From IMG/VR virus record IMGVR_UViG_3300020045_002937, positions 1-25,307 of that record: 25,307 nt of DNA. The stretch is one strand, 5' to 3'. Position numbers and translations under genes: made by a program. The DNA is from a virus (Duplodnaviria > Caudoviricetes). The notes below the pieces were generated by a model. The model saw nothing but the letters and a program-made list of their open reading frames with translations, did no database searches and had not been told where the DNA came from. Of this stretch, positions 7,904-15,362 are shown in pieces (within the stretch, counting starts at the first letter, position 1; every line of letters begins with the position of its first letter).

Positions 7904-8292
7904 GCAGAATCCTGGCATCTTGGAAAGTAACCGGCGATGCAGCTAAACGCGCAATCAATAGCGCCGTTCTCGCGCTTCCTGAAGACAAATACTTCGTGAA
8001 GATTTGCGAACCGACGCGGACGCTTGAGCAGAACGACAAGATCCACCCGACCTGCCGTGCCGTACAAAAGCACCTTGAGGATAACGGGGCTGTCAAGCAT
8101 TCCGAAGCCTGGTGGCGTAATTACTTCGTAGCCAAGTTCGGCGGTCAGGAAATCGTGCCGGACGCTGACGGAGGCTATGTGGTGATGAACAAGATTCACG
8201 GCACGAGTGAAATGGGCATCGCTGAAGGAAGCGATTTTATCGAATGGCTCTATGCCTATGGCTCTGAAATCGGGGTCGATTGGGCGGCTTGA
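7900..8292 (+). CDS. ninB: NinB-family recombination accessory protein
   Basis: RTLEQN, W..YF, VP..DGG.V, TS.M....SDFIEWLYAYG.E.GV.W match the NinB/Orf pattern. Confidence 0.85.
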   Translation: MSRILASWKVTGDAAKRAINSAVLALPEDKYFVKICEPTRTLEQNDKIHPTCRAVQKHLEDNGAVKHSEAWWRNYFVAKFGGQEIVPDADGGYVVMNKIHGTSEMGIAEGSDFIEWLYAYGSEIGVDWAA

Positions 8293-8436
8293 CAGTATCG
8301 GAGAGACGGTAAGTAGGAAAGATAGATGGCTTGCCTGTAACTGCGCTACCTACTTTGACCAACGGAATAGACGTTCCAACACAAGGCCAAGCTCCCCGCG
8401 CCATAAGTCGGGGGGCGCTTTCCCGAGGGGGAAGAT

Positions 8437-8820
8437 GTGAGAAAACATGAATTAGTAGGCTGTCCGCAATGGCTGCTCGATGCCGACACCGAAAACGAAG
8501 ATGTTGTTTTTGATGATTACGGAATCCTTCAATGGCGCAGCGGCGACTTCAGGGGCGGCAACTTCTGTGGCGGCAACTTCTGGGGCGGCAACTTCTGGGG
8601 CGAAAAACTCAGCAAAAAACCGCAGACCCTTTACGGCCTTGAATGGGTTGTTTACATCACAAAAGAACAAATGCAAATCGGTTGCCAGCGCCATACCCAT
8701 TCCGAATGGGAAGCGTTTGAACCCGCCGACATCAAGAAAATGCACGACAAGGCGTTTGACTTCTGGATGACGTGGCGTACTCCGCTGCTGATGATGTGTA
8801 TGCAGCATCGTGAGTCCTAG
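8437..8820 (+). CDS. Pentapeptide-like (GGNFx) repeat protein with C-terminal IGCQ.H...EW domain (DUF5758-like)
   Basis: Four 5-aa repeats followed by QIGCQRHTHSEWEAF; G-rich SD-like sequence upstream. Confidence 0.7.
   Translation: MRKHELVGCPQWLLDADTENEDVVFDDYGILQWRSGDFRGGNFCGGNFWGGNFWGEKLSKKPQTLYGLEWVVYITKEQMQIGCQRHTHSEWEAFEPADIKKMHDKAFDFWMTWRTPLLMMCMQHRES
8539..8601 (+). repeat. In-frame 15-bp tandem repeat, about 4 copies (GGCGGCAACTTCTGG)
   Basis: agcggcgacttcagg / ggcggcaacttctgt / ggcggcaacttctgg / ggcggcaacttctgg / ggc. Confidence 0.95.
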
Positions 8821-8822
8821 CC

Positions 8823-8930
8823 ATGAAACTGACATTTACCGAATACCTGATGTTGTCAGCCATTGTGCTGCTGATCCTTTTCACCGACTACATCAGCCAG
8901 ATGGTGGCTTTCGCAATTCTTGGAGGTTGA
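8823..8930 (+). CDS. Small hydrophobic membrane peptide (35 aa, MKLTFTEYLMLSAIVLLILFTDYISQMVAFAILGG)
   Basis: Fills the gap between the stop at 8820 and the ATG at 8932 almost exactly; hand translation. Confidence 0.5.
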   Translation: MKLTFTEYLMLSAIVLLILFTDYISQMVAFAILGG

Positions 8931-8931
8931 T

Positions 8932-9813
8932 ATGAGAACGATTACCGGAAAAAATGACACTTCTGCAATTACCGAATACAGCAAAACAGAGGCTGCACTA
9001 TCGGAATTGTCGCATCGATACAAGGGTGTAATTTTTGACCTGACCACAAAAGAAGGGATGCAAACCACAATCAAAGGTCGTGCAGAAATTCGCGGCTTTC
9101 GCGTTGATCTTGAAAAAACCCGTGTAAAAATCAAAGCTCCGGCTCTTGAGAAATGCCAATTGATCGACTCTGAGGCACGGCGCATTACGGCTGAATTATT
9201 GGCGATTGAAGAACCAATAGACGCGCAGATTAAGCTTGAAGAAAAGCGCAAGGAAGATGAGCGCACAGCATCTGAGCGTGCAGAACAAGCGCGTATAGAG
9301 GCCGAACAAGCGGCGATCAAATTGGCAGAAGAGCAGAGGATTGCCGACGAACGAGCGGCTCTTCAGAAGATGCGAGAAGAGTTAGAGATGAAGCAACGCG
9401 CTCAAGATGAATTGGATCGAATAGCGCGTGCAAAAATTGAAGAAGAACAACGTGCAGCAAGACTAAAAATTGAGGAAGAAGAACGCTCCGCACGCATGAT
9501 CCGTGAAGACTCCGACAGAAAGGCAAGGCTGGCTCGTGAAGCAGAGGAGGCCAAGGCACGCAAGTTGCGGGACGAGGAAGAGGCCAGGCTGAAGGCCGAA
9601 CGAGACAAGATCGAGGCAGAACGCCGGGCTGTTGAAGAACAGAAACGCAAGGCTCGTGAAGCAGAGGAGGCCAAGGCACGCGAAGAACAGCGGAAGGCCG
9701 CAGAACTAGAAGACGCTCACGGGATGCTTGATTTGTTTGTTAAGCGTTTTGGCCATCTTGAGAAATTCGAGTCTGTGGTCAAGTCTATTCTCGCGCTTCC
9801 GGCTCAGGTGTAG
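8932..9813 (+). CDS. Coiled-coil E/R/A/K-rich protein of the recombination region
   Basis: GGAGG before ATG 8932; long charged helical tract; located upstream of bet/exo. Confidence 0.8.
   Translation: MRTITGKNDTSAITEYSKTEAALSELSHRYKGVIFDLTTKEGMQTTIKGRAEIRGFRVDLEKTRVKIKAPALEKCQLIDSEARRITAELLAIEEPIDAQIKLEEKRKEDERTASERAEQARIEAEQAAIKLAEEQRIADERAALQKMREELEMKQRAQDELDRIARAKIEEEQRAARLKIEEEERSARMIREDSDRKARLAREAEEAKARKLRDEEEARLKAERDKIEAERRAVEEQKRKAREAEEAKAREEQRKAAELEDAHGMLDLFVKRFGHLEKFESVVKSILALPAQV
9531..9681 (+). repeat. 31-bp exact direct repeat (9531-9561 and 9651-9681)
   Basis: ggctcgtgaagcagaggaggccaaggcacgc twice, 120 bp apart, in frame (AREAEEAKAR). Confidence 0.95.
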
Positions 9814-9815
9814 CC

Positions 9816-10016
9816 ATGAGCAACTACGAAAACAACCGCGAAGCAGCGCGAGACGCTATCCAGATGGAGCGCAATTCTATTCTGGACAGCAGCGAGGACG
9901 AATTGCCCGAACATAAGCGCAGCTACTACATGGAGCGCATGTTTGAAGCGGCGGATATGAAACGAAAACAGATGCGCGAGGATGCGCTTATCGAATCAAT
10001 GGAGGCAAGAAAATGA
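9816..10016 (+). CDS. Hypothetical protein (66 aa)
   Basis: Starts just after the upstream stop; ATGA overlap with bet. Confidence 0.7.
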   Translation: MSNYENNREAARDAIQMERNSILDSSEDELPEHKRSYYMERMFEAADMKRKQMREDALIESMEARK

Positions 10017-10816
10017 GCAACGCACTTGTAACGCTAACCAACAATTTAGCCGCCCGTTTTGAATTGGGCGACTCTTCCGGCCTAATTGAAACACTCAAAG
10101 CCACCGCGTTCAAAGGTCAAGTCTCGGACGCGCAAATGACCGCGCTGCTAATCGTCGCGCAACAGTTCGGCCTCAACCCCTGGACGAAGGAAATCTACGC
10201 ATTCCCCGACAAGAATAACGGGATTGTCCCGGTAGTTGGCGTCGACGGATGGTCGAGAATCATTAACGACAATAATTTGTTTGACGGCATGGACTTTGTT
10301 CAGGATGAGGAAAGCTGCACTTGCCGCATGTTCCGCAAGGATCACTCTCACCCCGTCGCAGTTACTGAATACCTGAGCGAGTGCAGACGCGATACAGGCC
10401 CCTGGAAGAGTCACCCTAAGCGGATGCTCAGGCATAAGTCAATGATTCAATGTGCGCGTTTGGCGTTCGGTTACGGGGGTATCTACGATCAGGACGAAGC
10501 CGAGCGAATTGCAGAGATCGAGATTAACCCGCGCCCCGTTCGTCAAACCGGTACGCAAGCTGCTGAAGCAGTTCGGCCTGAAATTGTTCAATCGCCGGAA
10601 CGTGATGCCCTGGTCGCAAGGTTGGAAGACATCGCCAGAACTATCGGAGTCGCAGCCTACACCGCTGAATTTAAGAAAATTGGCAAGGCTGGCCGTGAAA
10701 TGGTCGGCGCCGAAGAACACGAACGGCTTTGGGCGATTGCAAATACTCCGGTCAATGAACTGCCGACCGATGAAACCATTAACACTGAAACCGGCGAGGT
10801 TACTGAAAATGTCTGA
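10013..10816 (+). CDS. bet: Red-beta single-strand annealing recombinase
   Basis: TAFKG..SDAQ..ALLIVA.Q.GLNPWTKEIYAFPDK.NGIVPVVGVDGWSRIIN and PW.SHPKRMLRHK.MIQCARLAFG closely match lambda Bet. Confidence 0.95.
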   Translation: MSNALVTLTNNLAARFELGDSSGLIETLKATAFKGQVSDAQMTALLIVAQQFGLNPWTKEIYAFPDKNNGIVPVVGVDGWSRIINDNNLFDGMDFVQDEESCTCRMFRKDHSHPVAVTEYLSECRRDTGPWKSHPKRMLRHKSMIQCARLAFGYGGIYDQDEAERIAEIEINPRPVRQTGTQAAEAVRPEIVQSPERDALVARLEDIARTIGVAAYTAEFKKIGKAGREMVGAEEHERLWAIANTPVNELPTDETINTETGEVTENV

Positions 10817-11438
10817 TGATCTCCAAAGAACTGCCGAGTGGTACGCCGAGCGTGCCGGGAAATGGACGGGAAGCAAGTTTGTTGACGTCCTCGCCCGAAA
10901 CAAAAAAACCGGCGAGCCGCTAAAATGCTACTTTGACTTGATCTGGCAAGTCGTTTCCGAGCGCATGACCGAGCAGCCAACCGAAGGAGCAAGCGGGTTT
11001 GCGCTTCAGTGGGGTACTGACGTCGAACCGTTTGCCAAGGAAGCTTATGAACTTGAAACCGGCGATATTGTGGCGGATGCAGGATTTATCACACACCCGC
11101 AATACGCCTTTGCCGGGGCCTCGCCTGATGGTCTGATTGGCGTAGACGGTGGCGTTGAGTTCAAATGCCCGAAGTCGTCAGTCGTACATCTTGAGCGATT
11201 TATTAGCGGTGTTCCAGAGGAGTACGTGCCGCAGATTCATGGCTGCATGTGGGTCACTGGTCGTCAATGGTGGGACTTCGTTTCATACGATCCGCGCCAG
11301 AAAGACCCGAATTTCCGTATGTTGATTATTCGAGTCAAGCGCGATGAAGACTATATCGCCAATCTTGAAAAATGCGTTCTTGAAGCCGAAGCAGCCGCGC
11401 AAGAGCTTCAGGAAAGACTCAGGAAGATTGCCGCATGA
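10809..11438 (+). CDS. exo: Lambda-exonuclease/YqaJ family 5'-3' exonuclease (true start ATG 10809)
   Basis: QRTAEWY.ERAG..TGS, WGT..EP.A...YE, GASPDG, EFKCP, Y.PQ..G.MWVTG..WWDFVSYDPR. Confidence 0.93.
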   Translation: MSDDLQRTAEWYAERAGKWTGSKFVDVLARNKKTGEPLKCYFDLIWQVVSERMTEQPTEGASGFALQWGTDVEPFAKEAYELETGDIVADAGFITHPQYAFAGASPDGLIGVDGGVEFKCPKSSVVHLERFISGVPEEYVPQIHGCMWVTGRQWWDFVSYDPRQKDPNFRMLIIRVKRDEDYIANLEKCVLEAEAAAQELQERLRKIAA

Positions 11439-11854
11439 TCGCCTACGCCAACCACGACAGAACCCGCGCCCCGCACCCGGTCATTCTGACGATACCTCCA
11501 GCAGTCTATGACGAGCCGTATGGATGCGATGCCTTCACCCGCCTGATCACCACTCTGCCCGAAGTCGTAGAGCGTTACGCCGCCGAGCCGAAAGACGATG
11601 GGCGAAAGAGGAACTTCACCGATGCAGCCAGAGCAAAGATGTGCAGCCGAGCGCGTGAAAGACAGGAACGGCTGCTCAGTTCTATCCTGGATATGCTGAA
11701 AACTGGATCGTTGACCGGATGCGAGATCGCCGGGAAGGTGGGTTATACGCGACTTGGGATATGCCGACCGCTGCGAGTCTTGAGAGATCAGGGGCTAATT
11801 AGGAATACGGGATTCAGGAAATCGAGCAAATGGAGGCTGTGCAATGCTGACTGA
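11435..11854 (+). CDS. Hypothetical protein with C-terminal winged-HTH-like domain
   Basis: ILDMLKTGSLTGCEIAGKVGYTRLGICRPLRVLRDQGLI pattern; ATGA overlap with exo. Confidence 0.65.
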   Translation: MIAYANHDRTRAPHPVILTIPPAVYDEPYGCDAFTRLITTLPEVVERYAAEPKDDGRKRNFTDAARAKMCSRARERQERLLSSILDMLKTGSLTGCEIAGKVGYTRLGICRPLRVLRDQGLIRNTGFRKSSKWRLCNAD

Positions 11855-12698
11855 GCGCGAAAAATTTGAAGCATGGGCCGAAGAACACCCCGAGTTCAGG
11901 TATTGGAACACCAGCGACGCTGCGTTTTCTGCATGGTGCGGCAGGGCCATCGAAGCAGAGATCCATGATACACAAACTCCGTCGACGATTGCGGGTGATA
12001 CACAAGCCAGTGAGCCGGTTGCCGAATTCTGTGGTCTAAAAGTTGTAGTGAATCCGCATATACCACAGGATGCATTTGCTATAGTTTCTTCCACCCCACA
12101 GCCAGCCGTAGTACGTAGTAATGAGGGTACGTGCTATTACCCTGACAACCAAGAGCCAGCAGCACCGTGTCCGAGGTGCGAGGAGTGGCAAGAACGCTAT
12201 GAAGCGAACTTGAAACACAATCAGATGCACTCTGATAACAACGCCATGCTGTTAAAGCAACTCACTGAACTCCAAGCCAAACTCACCGCCGCCGAGCAAC
12301 AGATAGCTGCTCTTGCAAAGGGCATCATCGACGCCGCTAAGTTCGCTGGAATCATTGAAGAAACTGAAGACCTGACAACCTCGCAACTTCTTGAAATCTG
12401 CAATGATTTGGGTAGCACAGCAGACAAGGCAGTCGCCGCCGAGCTTCGTATTCAACTCCTTGAACTTGATATGGAGTCTGGAACGTATGAAACGCTATAC
12501 GCACAAGTAGTTGAGGAACTAGGGGCAGAGAAACTTGGACGACTTACCGCCGAGAGTCTGCTGGACGAGTGCAACAATTTGCTGGACGAAGCGCAAAGCG
12601 GGTTTATCCCCGGCTGTGCGGAAGATATTTCGTGGCGAGATAGAAAAGACAGCGTTCTCGCCAAACTCAAGAACCGAGTGCGTGATGTTTTACGTTGA
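11844..12698 (+). CDS. Mosaic accessory protein with coiled-coil segments (Ead/Ea22-region type)
   Basis: GGAGG RBS; N-terminal EREKFEAW..W motif, CxxC, coiled coil; position between exo and xis. Confidence 0.65.
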   Translation: MLTEREKFEAWAEEHPEFRYWNTSDAAFSAWCGRAIEAEIHDTQTPSTIAGDTQASEPVAEFCGLKVVVNPHIPQDAFAIVSSTPQPAVVRSNEGTCYYPDNQEPAAPCPRCEEWQERYEANLKHNQMHSDNNAMLLKQLTELQAKLTAAEQQIAALAKGIIDAAKFAGIIEETEDLTTSQLLEICNDLGSTADKAVAAELRIQLLELDMESGTYETLYAQVVEELGAEKLGRLTAESLLDECNNLLDEAQSGFIPGCAEDISWRDRKDSVLAKLKNRVRDVLR

Positions 12699-12864
12699 GC
12701 TGCAAAACGGTCACTGTGGCCTGTCCAACGATACTGAAGCGAGTATTCGCAGACAGGAAGGATCGAACAACATCAAGAGAATCACCAAGGCCACGAAGGA
12801 TCAAATTGCTTGGGTTCGTGCGATGGGCGGGTATGTGCCGGAAAATAGAAAGGAAGGTGCGTGA
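12685..12864 (+). CDS. Small hypothetical protein (59 aa, MFYVELQNG...)
   Basis: 3' part of track ORF 12535..12864; GTGA overlap with the next gene. Confidence 0.55.
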   Translation: MFYVELQNGHCGLSNDTEASIRRQEGSNNIKRITKATKDQIAWVRAMGGYVPENRKEGA

Positions 12865-13094
12865 TGAACTACCTACAAGACGAGCGCGGAAACGTACTGG
12901 TACGTGTTGGCGATCAAGTTGAAAACGCTGATGCAAGATTCTTTGTGGGCGGCATCAATGAAAGTCAATCACTCTGCCACCTCGACAAGACAAAGCCTTG
13001 GGAATTGTTGAACGAGAGTAGCCCAATGGCGGCTTGCATCAAACAAGGCAAGTACTCTACCAGTGTTTATACACTCAAGAACCGAGGTGTTTGA
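12861..13094 (+). CDS. Hypothetical protein (77 aa)
   Basis: AGGAAGG SD; coupled overlaps at both ends. Confidence 0.65.
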   Translation: MMNYLQDERGNVLVRVGDQVENADARFFVGGINESQSLCHLDKTKPWELLNESSPMAACIKQGKYSTSVYTLKNRGV

Positions 13095-13288
13095 TGCTAA
13101 ACTGGCTAAAAAAGAAAATGTGCAGTCACTTGTTTAAGGCAGTTGATATGCAGTTGCGTGATGAGCATGGCGTCGTTCGTTGGCCTTGCAAAAGGTGCGG
13201 GAAAGTCTTTGAAGCCGAGTGCGGTCTAGACATTCTTAAACATGGGCAATGCGACGGTAACTGGAACGAGAGAAAGGAAGGTGTGTGA
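13094..13288 (+). CDS. Small putative zinc-ribbon protein (64 aa, CxH...CxxC)
   Basis: TGATG coupling, GAGGT SD, motifs CSH and CKRCG. Confidence 0.65.
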   Translation: MLNWLKKKMCSHLFKAVDMQLRDEHGVVRWPCKRCGKVFEAECGLDILKHGQCDGNWNERKEGV

Positions 13289-13503
13289 TGCAGATAAAAC
13301 ACCATAAAGGAAAAGCTCTTGAGTCTGATTATGTTCAAGAACTCGCCGCCCTTCGCGCCGAGAACGCCTCAAAGCAAGCCAAGATCGACAGCCTGATGCT
13401 GGAATTCTGTCCAGACGAAATGACACAAGAGCAACTTGACAACTGGGCAGCGCATCAGATTCCTTGTGAAGCCGCCATAGACGCGGAGAAGGCGATGACA
13501 TGA
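13285..13503 (+). CDS. Hypothetical protein (72 aa)
   Basis: SD and GTGATG coupling; short coiled coil followed by LMLEFCPDEMT. Confidence 0.65.
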   Translation: MMQIKHHKGKALESDYVQELAALRAENASKQAKIDSLMLEFCPDEMTQEQLDNWAAHQIPCEAAIDAEKAMT

Positions 13504-13676
13504 AACCTCACATCTTTCACACATGGGGTAAATGGAGCGAACCGATTAACACGCAAAGCAGCTACATCAAAGTTCAATCTCGTTACTGCACTGTTTGCAA
13601 CAAAGTGCATGTGAAGAGGATTCGACAGCCGTGGAATACGTGGTTTGCTGCTGCGGAGATTGGGAGGATGAAATGA
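13500..13676 (+). CDS. Small putative zinc-ribbon protein (58 aa, HTWGKW...QSRYCTVCNK)
   Basis: Hand translation; ATGA overlaps at both ends. Confidence 0.65.
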   Translation: MKPHIFHTWGKWSEPINTQSSYIKVQSRYCTVCNKVHVKRIRQPWNTWFAAAEIGRMK

Positions 13677-14122
13677 GCGAACTTGTACCGCTACCAGTAA
13701 GACTAAGGGATAGGCATGACAAGTTGTATGGTGTAGATAGATGCCCGTCAGTCATTACCGAAGCAGAAGACTTCATCGAGCAGCAAGCCGAGCGCATCCG
13801 TGAGCTTGATACACAAATCGAAGGGCTTCTGCTATTCCACAAAAAGCTCATACACCAGCGTGACGAACTCGCCGCGCAGAATCAGGCGATGCGGGAGCGT
13901 ATGGACAGGGCGCGGAGCATATTAACCGATGGCAGACCTACCCCAATGTGTAATTGGGGATTGCTTTCAACAGAAGACCTCCCCAGCCTCGCCACGCCGA
14001 TCCTTGCTGAGTTGAAGGCGAAGACGCTGGAGGAGGCGGCAAGACGGTGCGCGGCATATACGGACGCTGATGCCGTTGCCGCCGACTTGAGACGCATGGC
14101 GCAGGAACTGAGGGGGAAGTGA
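13673..14122 (+). CDS. Hypothetical coiled-coil accessory protein (149 aa from ATG 13673)
   Basis: GGAGG SD; ATGA overlap; C-terminal LEEAA..C motif common in phage accessory proteins. Confidence 0.65.
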   Translation: MSELVPLPVRLRDRHDKLYGVDRCPSVITEAEDFIEQQAERIRELDTQIEGLLLFHKKLIHQRDELAAQNQAMRERMDRARSILTDGRPTPMCNWGLLSTEDLPSLATPILAELKAKTLEEAARRCAAYTDADAVAADLRRMAQELRGK

Positions 14123-14334
14123 TGAGATACGCACAAATTAAGGCGGGTCGAAGGCTCCACCTAGTTTATGAAGCCGGGGAAGGCGTTGACGACCAGCACA
14201 TCATCAAAGCCGGATTTCTGAGCAATCCACTTTGCGGCCAACCAGCGCCGAACGGCTACCGGATGACGATAAACGTCCCCCTGGCAAACGCCTGCAAACG
14301 TTGCATCAAGGTATTTAACGCGAGGTCGAAATGA
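14119..14334 (+). CDS. Hypothetical Cys-containing protein (H...LCG...CKRC)
   Basis: Coupled start and stop; putative metal ligands. Confidence 0.65.
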   Translation: MMRYAQIKAGRRLHLVYEAGEGVDDQHIIKAGFLSNPLCGQPAPNGYRMTINVPLANACKRCIKVFNARSK

Positions 14335-14558
14335 GATCAGACACTATCCGAATGGCTAAAGAGGCGGGAGGGATACTTTACAATCAAGGCCCGGTCGCAT
14401 TCTTCCCGGAAGAGCTTGAGCGTTTAGCCGCCCTCGTCCGTGCTGATGAACGGGAAAAGTGCGCTAAGGTGTGCATGGAGATTGCAGACGACAACGCCCC
14501 GTATGGAACGCTTGCCTATAACTGCGCCGATGATATTCGCGCTTTAAAGGACGAATGA
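14331..14558 (+). CDS. Hypothetical protein (LERLAALVRADEREKCAKVC motif)
   Basis: GAGG SD; ATGA overlaps. Confidence 0.7.
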   Translation: MRSDTIRMAKEAGGILYNQGPVAFFPEELERLAALVRADEREKCAKVCMEIADDNAPYGTLAYNCADDIRALKDE

Positions 14559-14782
14559 TGTTCCTGACTGACGCCGAAATAGTCACGCTGACCGGCTACC
14601 ATATCCACGCCAAACAGCGAGAGTGGCTTGACCTGAACGGTTGGACATTCGCACAGTCGCACTCAGGGCGTCCAATAGTCGGCAAGGCATACGCTGACCA
14701 ACGGCTAGGGCTTTCGACCTCACCAGCGCCTCAGAAACGAGCCTGGACGCCGAATCTTGCAGCATTCGCCAAGAGAGCCTAG
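14555..14782 (+). CDS. DUF4224-family putative excisionase
   Basis: MFLT..EI..LTG......Q..WL...G..F.....GRP.V pattern, directly upstream of the integrase. Confidence 0.8.
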   Translation: MMFLTDAEIVTLTGYHIHAKQREWLDLNGWTFAQSHSGRPIVGKAYADQRLGLSTSPAPQKRAWTPNLAAFAKRA

Positions 14783-14783
14783 C

Positions 14784-15221
14784 ATGTTACAAATGGGACG
14801 CCGCCGACAGACTAGACTAGACCTACCGCCACGGATGCAGTTCAAACATGGCGCGTACTATCACGCCTCAAGTAAAGCCCCGCGAAAATGGACGCGGCTG
14901 CATTCCGACTTGAACCAGGCGCGGGTGCTGTGGGCTGAGATCGAGAACGTAAGGCCAAGCGATACACCGCTAGTCAATGACTTGATTGATCGCTGGCTGG
15001 TCTCGCCCCATGTCAAGAAGCTATCGGCCAACACAATGAAGGCTTACGAGTCCGCTGCCAGGGTGCTGCGTGTGTTCTTCGATAACGCAAGATTGTCAGC
15101 CATAATTACAGAAAACGCATGTAAGCCGATGAATTTATTGACGATCGTACTAGTCAACTGTCTTCAAAAATGGATAATTACCTGCCCTGTAACCCGCATG
15201 GCTGCGTGGGGTGCCCGATAA
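14784..15221 (+). pseudogene. int: Tyrosine integrase, N-terminal part only; integrase-like sequence ends near 15105
   Basis: MGRRR....DLPPRM..KHGAYY......KW.RL..DL..A...WA arm-binding pattern and LSANT..AY core-binding start; no catalytic R-H-x-x-R-Y domain. Confidence 0.75.
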
Positions 15222-15253
15222 TTGTAGACAGTTTATTTATGAGAGTTATAATT
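15101..15253. other. Possible att arm-type region
   Basis: 11/12 inverted repeat AACTGTCTTCAA (15156-15167) / TTGTAGACAGTT (15222-15233), four ATAATT copies, an IHF-like TAAnnnnATGAAT; located between int and the convergent late operon end. Confidence 0.4.
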
Positions 15254-15319
15254 CAATCGGTACTCGCTACCGCATTACCGAAACAGCGAACGTGAGTTGC
15301 GCGAAAGCCCCTCTTACGG

Positions 15320-15360
15320 AAAGCCCAAGGGAAGGCGAAAGCCGGAGTACCTTGGGCTTT
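15320..15360. terminator. Probable bidirectional terminator between convergent operons
   Basis: AAAGCCCAAGG / CCTTGGGCTTT 11-bp inverted repeat with inner GGC-GAAA-GCC, adjacent to the stop of 15363..16346. Confidence 0.65.
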
Positions 15361-15362
15361 AT

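Noticed and set aside
7621-8091. Invertase-controlled phase-variable segment
   Set aside because: No invertase gene, the repeats are coding fragments rather than short recombination sites, and flanking genes are broken
7490-8222. Diversity-generating retroelement TR/VR pair
   Set aside because: Only one mismatch, inverted orientation, target is internal ninB, and no reverse transcriptase in the window
8289-8320. Promoter at TTGACA after ninB
   Set aside because: No acceptable -10 hexamer at 16-18 bp spacing
8539-8601. CRISPR-like array
   Set aside because: Contiguous 15-bp coding repeats with no spacers and no cas genes
10452-10808. 119-aa N-terminal extension of the exonuclease
   Set aside because: Overlaps bet out of frame; exonuclease motifs begin at ATG 10809
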